Notes: a model not told the origin generated them from the sequence alone. A DNA stretch of 64,000 nt from an uncultured bacterium (GCA_945935525.1 CAMERI010000002.1:188482-252481); one strand, 5' to 3'. Shown: positions 42,470 to 51,398, numbered from the stretch's first letter. Translations and numbers: made by a program.

Positions 42470-43504
42470 CTAATTTACTTTTCTTTCTAGTGTTTTAAAT
42501 CTTTGATGACCATACACTTCATTTCTTATTTGTATTAGTTCGTTCCATAATGCCCACGCATCATTTTCTTTTTCACTTAGTAATTTTCTAATGAATGACC
42601 TTACTTTCACATCTACATTTACTGGCAAAGCTACCCTATCCATATCACCTCCTAATAAATCTATTGCTAACATACCAACTGCATATATATCCACATTTGG
42701 AATGACTTTTGCATCCTTACCGACATATTTTGGTGAGAATGTCTCATTTACTATTTTATATTTACTCGTTTCTTTATTAGCTTCTTCAATACAAAGTGAA
42801 TAATCAGTAACTGACACATTGTGAGTAGATGGGTCAATTAAAACATTTTCTCTTTTTATATTTCCATGAACGATTTTCTTAGAATGCAAATATCCAACTA
42901 CTGAAAGTAATCTTTCTAATATCCAGCAAATATGTTCACCGCTTAAATTTCCATAATATTTTTTTATTTCTTCTATAGTGAGTCCATCTTTTCTTTCTAC
43001 TATTACGGCATTTCTGCCATTTATTTTTGCTTTTGAAATTAATTTTGGTATTGATAAATGATCTAACTCACTTAGAATTTTTCCTTCTTCTTTTATCAAA
43101 TCATCATCTGATTCATCGCTTGCAATTTTCAATTCTATTAATTGTTCATCAAGTAGTCCCTCATAAACTGTTGCAACGTCTTCACATCTTGATACTTTAT
43201 AAAATTTATATTCTCTTCCTTTTAATTCAAATTCAAATAATGGAGATGCTCTTTTTAAAAGTTCTTTTTCATCTAATATTTGGTATGTTCCATCTTGAAT
43301 TTCTTTTTGTGCGAGAGTGTAGTACTCATTTAATATTTTTGTTGCTTTTTCTGCTAACGCTTTTTCTTCTTCTTTTGCTAAATCTGGATGACATATTTTT
43401 GCATAATTTCTATACACCTTTTTTATTTCATTTTCATTACTACCAAATATCTCAATTGGCCTTTTAGCATTTATAAGTAACTCTGTAATTTCTTTGATAG
43501 ACAT
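42470..43504 (-). CDS. J-domain protein fused to a protein-kinase-like domain (catalytic HRD replaced by HGN, so probably a pseudokinase)
   Basis: J-domain IKKVYRNYAKICHPD (HPD motif); kinase-like lobes with beta3 Lys (IELKIA), alphaC Glu, catalytic loop VHGNIKRENVLID, a TDY segment in place of DFG, and SPKYV. Confidence 0.6.
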   Translation of the reverse strand: MSIKEITELLINAKRPIEIFGSNENEIKKVYRNYAKICHPDLAKEEEKALAEKATKILNEYYTLAQKEIQDGTYQILDEKELLKRASPLFEFELKGREYKFYKVSRCEDVATVYEGLLDEQLIELKIASDESDDDLIKEEGKILSELDHLSIPKLISKAKINGRNAVIVERKDGLTIEEIKKYYGNLSGEHICWILERLLSVVGYLHSKKIVHGNIKRENVLIDPSTHNVSVTDYSLCIEEANKETSKYKIVNETFSPKYVGKDAKVIPNVDIYAVGMLAIDLLGGDMDRVALPVNVDVKVRSFIRKLLSEKENDAWALWNELIQIRNEVYGHQRFKTLERKVN

Positions 43505-44043
43505 TTTATATTTTCACCTCCATCTAATATGATGTCTGCATCTTTCTTTTGTGGTTCAATGTGTGTTCTATATATGCATAAAATTACATCATTAAAGTAT
43601 TTTCTTATTTCTTCTTCACTAATTCCATAACTTTTATCTCTTTTTATTCTTCTTTCAAGAGAAATGTTTTTATCTATTTCAATAAATACTTTTAATGTGT
43701 CTCTTAAATCTTTTAATGCATCTATCGTGTGTAATCCTTCAAATATTACTCTTCCATTTGTTCTAATAATTCTTGATTTGTCTACTCTTTTATTTGCTGA
43801 TAAATCATATGTTGGAATTATTACTTTTTTCTTTTCAATTAAAGTTTTTGAGTCATTTACAAACTCTTCAATATTAAAAGCATTTGGTAAGTCCATTAAG
43901 TATCCTTTTCTAGATAGTGGTATATCTTTTTTATCTTTAAAATACCAGTCTTCCTCAAAATGACTCATATTATATTCTTTCGATAAATAGTTACTTAATG
44001 TAGTTTTGCCTGAGCAAGTCATTCCAGAAATTATAATATTCAT
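43471..44043 (-). CDS. uridine/cytidine-kinase-like P-loop nucleoside kinase
   Basis: Walker A GMTCSGKTT; IPTYDLSANKR resembles the Udk VPIYDFSTHSR motif. Confidence 0.65.
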   Translation of the reverse strand: MNIIISGMTCSGKTTLSNYLSKEYNMSHFEEDWYFKDKKDIPLSRKGYLMDLPNAFNIEEFVNDSKTLIEKKKVIIPTYDLSANKRVDKSRIIRTNGRVIFEGLHTIDALKDLRDTLKVFIEIDKNISLERRIKRDKSYGISEEEIRKYFNDVILCIYRTHIEPQKKDADIILDGGENIKCLSKKLQSYL

Positions 44044-45437
44044 TTTAAAATCCTTTCTAATTTTTGATTTCTATTTGGCCCTACGCCTATTAAAGATATT
44101 TTTGAATTTATTAAGTATTCTATTAGTTCTATAAAATTTATACATTCTTCTGGTAAATCTTCTACTCTTTTAATATCACTTATATCTTGATTCCATCCAT
44201 CAATTGTTATATATAATGGGAGCGTTTTAGCTAAATATTTTCTTAAATCCGGACTATTTCTTTTTATATTTTTAATTATTATTTTATTTCCATCTTTGTA
44301 ATATTCGAATGTTTCTTTAAACTCTTCATCTATTTGTCCTATGTAAATGTATGAGTCACAAATCTTAATTTCTTTAAATGGTGACAATCTATCAAGTGCC
44401 GATAAGAAGAAATAATCATTTTTATTAATAGAGTTAGCATATCTTGTGAGTACTGCATCAAACCATCCATATCTTGGCCTTCCTTGATAATAACTTTCTG
44501 ATTGGTTTTCATCCTTTATTAATGCTTCAACTTTCTTATCATAAGTTGGAAGAACTCCCATACCATGTCTACTTGTTAATGCAGATATAGCACCTATCTT
44601 ATGAATATTAGTATTTAATTCGTTTGCTAAAACTATCCCATTTTGATTTGTTGTATTTAATAATGTTGTGTTTGGCCTTATACCATAATCTCTATCAATT
44701 AATAACCCCTGTGAGCCTTCAAATACAATATCACTGTCAGTGTGAAATGTTCTTATATCTTTTGTAACATTGATGAAACCACTTCTTAGTAAATTCTCAT
44801 AGCATCTAATTATGTATTCTCTATTTTTAGATTCAGTTAAGTGTGATATGTCATCAGTTCTAATGAGTCTGCTTATAAGTTCTTTATTTTGAGAACTCTT
44901 ATAAAATTTTTGAGCATAACCAAATAATTCTTTTAATTTTTCTTTGTATACTTCACTATTGAAGTCACTCATCAATAGTTTAATTCCTGTTTCTTCAAAT
45001 GTTCTTGTTACTTCACTTACACCACTTCCAACAGAACCCCTTCTATTATTCTTACTTTCAATTTCTCTTAAATTATCAATTAATTTGTGATAAGGTGTCA
45101 CGATAGGTACTTCACTATCTACAAATACTCTTTTTAATATTTCTTCTCTTGGTACTTTTGTTTTTTCACTTAAGAAATTACTTTCACTAATTATGTTAAA
45201 GAGATTTACCACTGTGTATTTCGATAGAAAAGTTCTAGTGTCTTCATTTAGAAACGCTGAACCCAGTTGACTAAATTTGTGTGTTAGACCATCATTGACA
45301 ACTGTATGACTTGCTTGACTTCCACCATTATATCTAACGTTTTCTTTTATATCTTTAGTACTTGCTAGATAATCAACTAAAGTCCCTTTTCCTTCGTCAC
45401 CAAATAATGTTCCAGATACTATATAACTATTATTCAT
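44040..45437 (-). CDS. divergent adenylosuccinate-synthetase (PurA)-family ligase
   Basis: PurA motifs GDEGKG(T), QASHT (PurA has NAGHT), GSVGSGVSE (PurA has TGRGIGP), ALDRLS (PurA has KLDVL) and a C-terminal IGVGPNRNQ. Confidence 0.75.
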   Translation of the reverse strand: MNNSYIVSGTLFGDEGKGTLVDYLASTKDIKENVRYNGGSQASHTVVNDGLTHKFSQLGSAFLNEDTRTFLSKYTVVNLFNIISESNFLSEKTKVPREEILKRVFVDSEVPIVTPYHKLIDNLREIESKNNRRGSVGSGVSEVTRTFEETGIKLLMSDFNSEVYKEKLKELFGYAQKFYKSSQNKELISRLIRTDDISHLTESKNREYIIRCYENLLRSGFINVTKDIRTFHTDSDIVFEGSQGLLIDRDYGIRPNTTLLNTTNQNGIVLANELNTNIHKIGAISALTSRHGMGVLPTYDKKVEALIKDENQSESYYQGRPRYGWFDAVLTRYANSINKNDYFFLSALDRLSPFKEIKICDSYIYIGQIDEEFKETFEYYKDGNKIIIKNIKRNSPDLRKYLAKTLPLYITIDGWNQDISDIKRVEDLPEECINFIELIEYLINSKISLIGVGPNRNQKLERILK

Positions 45438-46329
45438 ATAAGAAACTCCTCCATCCTTTTAATGCTTTTTCTAATTTAGGTCCTTGTATTTCATCTTGTA
45501 ACATAAATGTTTTATATCCATATAAATACATAAGTTCTAAATCTTCCATATCAGGTAATGAAATTTCGGACTCTTTATTTAACGATGAAAATAATCTCGA
45601 TGCACATATGGTTGATGGATATTTTTTTATTATTTCTTGTAATGCTTTTAAGACATTTATATCATCTTTACATTCGAGCCATAAATCATCTCTTGCTGCC
45701 ATAGGTTGTATTGCTATATTATTTGATAAAGCAAAGCGTAAACCTTTTAATGATTCTATTTTTGCAACTATTGTTGCATTTGTATTTAAAGAAAGTATTT
45801 CTACTAAATCATCAAATGATTCTAAAAATGATGCCATATAATTATTCATTCCTAATTCTTTTGATTCTTTTATGAATTCTTTATCAAGTTGAGTTAAGTA
45901 TCCTTCTATTATTAAACTTTTTGCTTTTACATTTACTGATTGTCCTTTTCCTACAGCTCTTTCAGGAGGTTCTTCTAAAATAATTTTATTTCCTTTTGTA
46001 TGCATAATATTTGATGTATTCCCACCTCTAAAAATTACTTTTGCTGGATATTCTATATCTATTTTGTGATTTAGTTCTATTGCTTCATAACTAGTATCTG
46101 CCCAACTATTAACTCTTAGTTGTCTTCCCTTTAAATCTATCCATATTTTTTTGTTAAATTTTTCTTCTAATGATTTTAATATTTCAATTATTTTCTTTTC
46201 CTCTAAAAGTTCATTCACTCCTGTATTAAATCTTACTTCACTAATGTATTCACTTGACATCATTTCTTCTACTGCCTTCTTGTTATGAATATGTGGAAGA
46301 GTTCCAATTAATTTTATATCCTTTTTCAT
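45430..46329 (-). CDS. pyruvate-kinase-like TIM-barrel protein lacking the PK C-terminal domain
   Basis: Collinear with the PK barrel motifs: KLIGTLP (TIGP-like), EVRFNTGV (RLNFSHG-like), IDLKGRQLRV (DTKGPEIR-like), AKIESLKGL (KIEN-like), MAARDDLWLEC (MVARGDLG-like). Confidence 0.55.
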   Translation of the reverse strand: MKKDIKLIGTLPHIHNKKAVEEMMSSEYISEVRFNTGVNELLEEKKIIEILKSLEEKFNKKIWIDLKGRQLRVNSWADTSYEAIELNHKIDIEYPAKVIFRGGNTSNIMHTKGNKIILEEPPERAVGKGQSVNVKAKSLIIEGYLTQLDKEFIKESKELGMNNYMASFLESFDDLVEILSLNTNATIVAKIESLKGLRFALSNNIAIQPMAARDDLWLECKDDINVLKALQEIIKKYPSTICASRLFSSLNKESEISLPDMEDLELMYLYGYKTFMLQDEIQGPKLEKALKGWRSFLYE

Positions 46330-46338
46330 ATTTATTCC

Positions 46339-46362
46339 TTTATGTGTATTTTTTACACTTTA
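46339..46362 (-). promoter_or_regulatory. putative NrtR-like operator (copy 2), 15-30 nt upstream of the PK-like gene's start codon
   Basis: TATGTGTATTTTTTACACTT is identical over 20 nt to the copy at 47078-47099; core palindrome GTGTA-n5-TACAC. Confidence 0.4.
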
Positions 46363-46382
46363 TATTGCTTTTTAAAAGCATT

Positions 46383-47057
46383 TTAAAATATGCTTTTCTT
46401 TGTTATTTTTGAATTGAATTTATATAACTTAGCAGGTTTTTTTCCTTTATAAGTTATTGTTTTATTTATATCTTCAATAAGCTTTAAACTTAACATTTTT
46501 TTTCTGAAATTTCTTCTATCAATTTCTTTATTTAATATTGACTCATATACATTGTGTAGTTCTGGTAAAGTAAATTCATAAGGAAATAATGATTTTAGAA
46601 TATCACTAGATATTATATCCTTTTTTAATTCATCAATTCCTCCTTTTAATATTTCATTATGGTCATATGCTAATTTTGGAACTTCATCTAGTGAAAACCA
46701 ATCTGAGTTTGAAGTCTTGTTTGTTTTTGTTATTAGTTCTGCTTTTTTTATGTCTATAACGCCTATAAATAGTATAGCTATCAATCTTTTTATTGGTGAC
46801 CTATCTAATTTATCATAGATGCCGCATTGTCTTAACTCAATATTATCTAAACCAGTTTTTTCTTTTAATTCTCTTTTTGCCCCATCAATTAGTAATTCAT
46901 CATTATATAGTCCACCACCAGGTAATGCCCAATAATCTTTAAATGGTTCATTCGTTCTTCTGATTAATAATACTTTTGTTACTCCCTTATCAATTGTAAA
47001 TATAGTACTTACTACATGAATACCAATGTTTTTATAAAGCGGATTTTTTAATTCCAT
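46383..47057 (-). CDS. NrtR-family regulator (NUDIX domain plus C-terminal winged-helix DNA-binding domain)
   Basis: Nudix box GGLYNDELLIDGAKRELKEKTGL; C-terminal FTLPELHNVYESILNKEIDRRNFRKKM...KPAKLYKF matches the NrtR wHTH pattern. Confidence 0.7.
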   Translation of the reverse strand: MELKNPLYKNIGIHVVSTIFTIDKGVTKVLLIRRTNEPFKDYWALPGGGLYNDELLIDGAKRELKEKTGLDNIELRQCGIYDKLDRSPIKRLIAILFIGVIDIKKAELITKTNKTSNSDWFSLDEVPKLAYDHNEILKGGIDELKKDIISSDILKSLFPYEFTLPELHNVYESILNKEIDRRNFRKKMLSLKLIEDINKTITYKGKKPAKLYKFNSKITKKSIF

Positions 47058-47075
47058 ATCATCACTTCCATTTTC

Positions 47076-47104
47076 ATTATATGTGTATTTTTTACACTTG
47101 TCAA
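47076..47104 (-). promoter_or_regulatory. consensus sigma-A promoter of the NrtR-like gene, with an operator palindrome in the spacer
   Basis: TTGACA, 17-nt spacer, TATAAT on the minus strand; the palindrome GTGTAtttttTACAC at 47083-47097 lies between -35 and -10. Confidence 0.5.
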
Positions 47105-47113
47105 TATATTTTA

Positions 47114-47149
47114 AGAAAAATAAAAAAGAAGTTACTATTTAGCAACTTC
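47114..47149 (-). terminator. Rho-independent terminator after rny
   Basis: GAAGTT...AACTTC hairpin followed on the minus strand by TTTTTTATTTTT. Confidence 0.5.
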
Positions 47150-48688
47150 TTCAGCTCTTGTTTCTCTAATTACAACAACTTTTATTGTGCCAGGATATTG
47201 CATTGTATCTTCAATCTTTTCTTTGATTTCCCTTGCTATTTTATAACTTGATAAGTCATCAATTTCATCTGGCTTAACCATAACACGTAATTCTCTTCCA
47301 GCTTGCATTGCAAATGTCTTTTCAACGCCTTCCATTGAGTTACCTATGCTTTCTAACTCTTCAAGTCTCTTAACATAGTTTTCTAAAGAATCATTTCTAG
47401 CACCTGGTCTTGAAGCACTTAATGCATCTGCAACTGCTACTAATTCAGAAATAACATATTCAGCTTTTTTATCTCCATGATGTGATTCAATTGCATTTAT
47501 TACAACTTTATCTTCTCCATGTTTCTTAGCAACATCTGCTCCAATTTCTACATGACTTCCTTCAACTTCAAAGTCAATTGCTTTTCCTATATCATGAAGT
47601 AAACCTGCTCTTTTAGCTAATTGAACATTTTCACCTAATTCACTTGCCATTAAACCAGCTAAGTGTGCAACCTCTTTACTATGAGCAAGTGCATCTTGTC
47701 CATAACTAGTTCTAAATGCTAATTTACCAATTAATTCAACTATCTCAGGAGCAACTTTTGATATACCAAGTTCAAATAATGCTTCTTCACCTTTTTCACG
47801 AATTATTTTTTTATAATCTTCACATACTTTATCATATAATTCTTCAATTCTTGCTGGGTGAATTCTTCCATCTTTGATAAGTGTTTCAAGAGTTACTTTT
47901 GCAATTTCTCTTCTTAGTGGGTCGAATGATGATAACACAATTACTTCTGGGGTATCATCAATTATTAAATCGACTCCGGTTACAGCTTCAATTGTTCTAA
48001 TATTTCTACCTTCCCTGCCAATGATTCTTCCTTTCATTTCATCATTTGGAAGTTCTACAGTACTAACTGTTTGTTCACTAGTAACATCACTAGAATATCT
48101 TTGCATACTAGATACAATTAATTCTTTTGCTTTTCTATCTGCTTCAAGTTTTGCTTCATCTTCACGTTCTTTTAAGTAGACTGAAATTTCTCTTCCCATT
48201 TCTTCTTCTACTTTTTTTAGTATAGTTTCTCTTGCTTTTTCCTTCGAAAAACCAGAGATTTTTTCTAAAAGAGCTATTTGCTCCTTTATTATACTCTCCA
48301 TTTTTGCATCTTTTTCTTGAATTTCTTTTTGTTGTGCCAATAAATCTTTATCTTTTTGGTCTAGGTTTTTTTCTCTTTCAGTTAATAATTCATCACGTTT
48401 ATCTAAACTCTTTTCGCGGTTATCAATTCTTTGATTTAGATCATTAAGTTCTTTTTTCTTTTCCTTAATTTCTGCATCAGTTTGATTTTTTAACTTGTAA
48501 CTTTCTTCTTTTAATTCTAAAATGCCATCTCTTTTTGCTTTTTCAGCTTCTTTTTTAGCATCTTGAATTAGTTTATCAGCTTCTTTTTGTGCAGCACTTA
48601 CTTTTAATTTGTTAATTATAATCATTATGAAAGCGCCTACAAGCAATCCAACTACTACAAGCAAAATGGAGATAATTACATCATTCAT
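47135..48688 (-). CDS. rny: ribonuclease Y
   Basis: N-terminal TM, coiled coil, KH domain and HD domain; 517 aa. Confidence 0.95.
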   Translation of the reverse strand: MNDVIISILLVVVGLLVGAFIMIIINKLKVSAAQKEADKLIQDAKKEAEKAKRDGILELKEESYKLKNQTDAEIKEKKKELNDLNQRIDNREKSLDKRDELLTEREKNLDQKDKDLLAQQKEIQEKDAKMESIIKEQIALLEKISGFSKEKARETILKKVEEEMGREISVYLKEREDEAKLEADRKAKELIVSSMQRYSSDVTSEQTVSTVELPNDEMKGRIIGREGRNIRTIEAVTGVDLIIDDTPEVIVLSSFDPLRREIAKVTLETLIKDGRIHPARIEELYDKVCEDYKKIIREKGEEALFELGISKVAPEIVELIGKLAFRTSYGQDALAHSKEVAHLAGLMASELGENVQLAKRAGLLHDIGKAIDFEVEGSHVEIGADVAKKHGEDKVVINAIESHHGDKKAEYVISELVAVADALSASRPGARNDSLENYVKRLEELESIGNSMEGVEKTFAMQAGRELRVMVKPDEIDDLSSYKIAREIKEKIEDTMQYPGTIKVVVIRETRAEEVAK

Positions 48689-48797
48689 AATTTTCCTCCA
48701 TTACTTCCTAGAAGTATTTTTAAACTTCTATATCTATTGTAAAGTTTTATCGTTTTAAAGTCAATATTTAATTTTGTTTATAAAAAAACGCAGAATA

Positions 48798-50036
48798 CTA
48801 TCCCGTGATTCTATGTTTGCGTCTTTTTCTTCTTCTATTCTTTTTACTAATTAATGCAAAAAGATAAAGTATAATAATTGCTGCTATAGCGTAAAACTTG
48901 TTTTCCCAAATAAATTGCCATATGCTGAAACTTAATGTTTCATTGTAATTTATTGTAAATTCTTTTAATACTTCATTTTTATATTTTATTTTTACTGTTC
49001 CAAGTTTCGTACCTTTTTTTGTGAAATAAGAAATTTCTTTAATTCCATCATAATCATATACTAAATCTTCCTTTTTAAAATCATTTTTTAAATAACTTGT
49101 AAATTCTTCATCATGATGTATACCTATCTCTTTTTCTTTTGCATACTTTGTTTTTAATTTTACAATTGTATCATTTTTATCTAAAATATTTTTATAAGAA
49201 TAATTGGTCGAAAAATACTTATATGTTGCTGTTGCATCAAGTATATGTGGAGATTTTTTTGATGTGTATGCATTTAGTGTAACTAACAAATAGTTAACAT
49301 TATCGATAGTTGCTGTTGACGCTAAGCATCTTCCTGCTTCATCAATAAATCCGGTCTTTGCACCAGTTATATATGATATATCTTCTCCAATTTTTTCATT
49401 ATAGCTTTTTAGTGTACTCTTCACTTTTTTTCCAGTCGTTAAAATATATTCTTTTTTTTCAAATACTTCTTTGAATTTCTTACTTTTTAAACTATATTTT
49501 AATAATTCAGCTACATCATAAGCAGTACTATAATTTTCTTTACTATATAATCCAACTGGATTTTCAAAATGAGTATTTTTAAGTCCTAATTCATTTGCTT
49601 TGCTGTTCATCATTTCTACAAATTTGTCAATGCTTCCACCTATTGATATTGCAAGCCCATTTGCGCAGTCTGCAGCACTAGGCAACATTGTGCAAAACAG
49701 CAAATCATTATACGTTACAACTTGTCCTTTTTTTAAGCCAATCTTTGCAACGTCCCATTCAATATTATCTATCATTTCACTCGTTATTGTAACTTTTTTA
49801 TCGTAATCTTTTATGTTTTCAGTTGCAACAAGTACCGTCATAAGTTTTGTTAGACTTGCTATTTGTGTTCGAGTATTCTCTTCCTTCTTCATCAAAACCT
49901 TGTTGTCATTTAAATTATATAAAATATATTTATCACTTATCAATTCTAATTCTTTTGCAGATATCGTTGGCAAAATCATCAAAAAAATCATTGTGAGTGA
50001 TATTATTACATTTTTAATGTTAATTACCTTTTCCAT
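48798..50036 (-). CDS. serine-type D-Ala-D-Ala carboxypeptidase (PBP5/DacA-like) with a C-terminal membrane anchor
   Basis: SxxK motif (IASLTK); basic tail KKNRRRKRRKHR; start probably at MEKVINIK. Confidence 0.75.
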   Translation of the reverse strand: MEKVINIKNVIISLTMIFLMILPTISAKELELISDKYILYNLNDNKVLMKKEENTRTQIASLTKLMTVLVATENIKDYDKKVTITSEMIDNIEWDVAKIGLKKGQVVTYNDLLFCTMLPSAADCANGLAISIGGSIDKFVEMMNSKANELGLKNTHFENPVGLYSKENYSTAYDVAELLKYSLKSKKFKEVFEKKEYILTTGKKVKSTLKSYNEKIGEDISYITGAKTGFIDEAGRCLASTATIDNVNYLLVTLNAYTSKKSPHILDATATYKYFSTNYSYKNILDKNDTIVKLKTKYAKEKEIGIHHDEEFTSYLKNDFKKEDLVYDYDGIKEISYFTKKGTKLGTVKIKYKNEVLKEFTINYNETLSFSIWQFIWENKFYAIAAIIILYLFALISKKNRRRKRRKHRITG

Positions 50037-50454
50037 ACTTCTTCTTTTCACTCATCATGAATTCAGTAATTTTTGTTTCTATTTCAACTGCTCCTTTTGG
50101 ATCTATGTTAGAAATATAAATATTTTCTTTTACTGTATCAATTTCGATGTCACTCCATATTAAATTTTTTGTAACCTTAAGATCATTATATAAATCCGGT
50201 GTTATAGTTGTAAAAAAATAACCCCATAATAATCTTTTTTGACCTATTAATATTCTTTTATTTGTTATTGCAATTACACAGGAATTTATTATCATAAATG
50301 AACTAACATTTTTTTGCGCACAAAAAGCATATGTTACTTTTTCACCAGGATTCAAATGTTCCTCCACTACTGATGCATGCGCACTTGTTCTAAATGCTAC
50401 CGTTCTTGGAAACTTTCTTTTAAATTTTCTTACCATTCTATTCACTTCATTCAT
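50020..50454 (-). CDS. bacterial PH-domain-like protein, unknown function
   Basis: GEKVTYAFCAQ...VIAITNKRILIG pattern resembles the bPH_2 family. Confidence 0.35.
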   Translation of the reverse strand: MNEVNRMVRKFKRKFPRTVAFRTSAHASVVEEHLNPGEKVTYAFCAQKNVSSFMIINSCVIAITNKRILIGQKRLLWGYFFTTITPDLYNDLKVTKNLIWSDIEIDTVKENIYISNIDPKGAVEIETKITEFMMSEKKKYGKGN

Positions 50455-50507
50455 ATTATCACCTCTTTGATTTTACCTTATTATAGAAAAAAAGACAAGT
50501 TTGTGTT

Positions 50508-51386
50508 CTATTTTCGATTTATAATATTCATTACATCATTTAATATTGTTGTTGCTCTAGAGGCCACAAAATTATATTTCCACTTCATAAAGTTATTTTT
50601 ATAACTAAAGAATACATATGTTTTTGGAATGTTATAATCTATCCATATGCCAAGAAAATTTTGCATTGTTTTTATTATATTTTCATATTCATCCATTCCT
50701 TTTATTCCAAATGATTCTATATATCCACTTTCAAAATTCAAATATTCAAATTGATATTTTTTATGACCATTGAATAATGCATTTTTAACCCCTCTTGTTA
50801 AATCAGTCGGCTTAAAATATTTTTTGAAAAGTTCATCATAATTTATGTTAAATCCCAATTCTTTAATTAATGCTTCATCACTTGATTTATATCTTGATGA
50901 TTTTCCAAATGTCGAATCATTTAAAAAGGCCATAAAGATTTCGTATTTTTGTTCTGATGAAAAATCATATATCTCTTTAAAAAATTTATATAAAAATAGA
51001 GATGTGGCACAACAATCCGTTATTATTACGTTTTTTACTTTTCTACTATTTGGATGATGATCAATACATCCTATTATATTTGCATCTGGACCAACTGATT
51101 GTAGAAAGTCATTATGATCAACCAAAAAGAAATTATATTTTTTAATATTTTGTTTTGAAATTTTCTTGGGTTCAAATTTTGTACATTCCTCTAACATAGA
51201 TTTGTTATATTCATCAAAAATGTAATTGCTATCCAATATGGCATAGTTTGCCTTAATTCCGAAAAAGCTTAGTATTTCAGATAATAGTTTTGATGAAATA
51301 GCAGAATCAATGTCTATGTTTGAATGTCCAATTACATATATTGGTTCATATTTTTTTAGTTCATTTATATATTTTCTTTTATTCAT
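50508..51386 (-). CDS. DHH-family phosphoesterase
   Basis: N-terminal motifs and CIDHHP (the DHH motif). Confidence 0.65.
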   Translation of the reverse strand: MNKRKYINELKKYEPIYVIGHSNIDIDSAISSKLLSEILSFFGIKANYAILDSNYIFDEYNKSMLEECTKFEPKKISKQNIKKYNFFLVDHNDFLQSVGPDANIIGCIDHHPNSRKVKNVIITDCCATSLFLYKFFKEIYDFSSEQKYEIFMAFLNDSTFGKSSRYKSSDEALIKELGFNINYDELFKKYFKPTDLTRGVKNALFNGHKKYQFEYLNFESGYIESFGIKGMDEYENIIKTMQNFLGIWIDYNIPKTYVFFSYKNNFMKWKYNFVASRATTILNDVMNIINRK

Positions 51387-51398
51387 TTTACACCTATA

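Noticed and set aside
46365-46395. Inverted repeat AAAAGCAT-ttttaaaat-ATGCTTTT at the 3' end of the NrtR-like gene, as a possible internal terminator splitting the operon
   Set aside because: On the minus-strand transcript it is not followed by a U-run. The shared operator motif just downstream argues for read-through regulated by the repressor. I left it as unresolved rather than calling a terminator.
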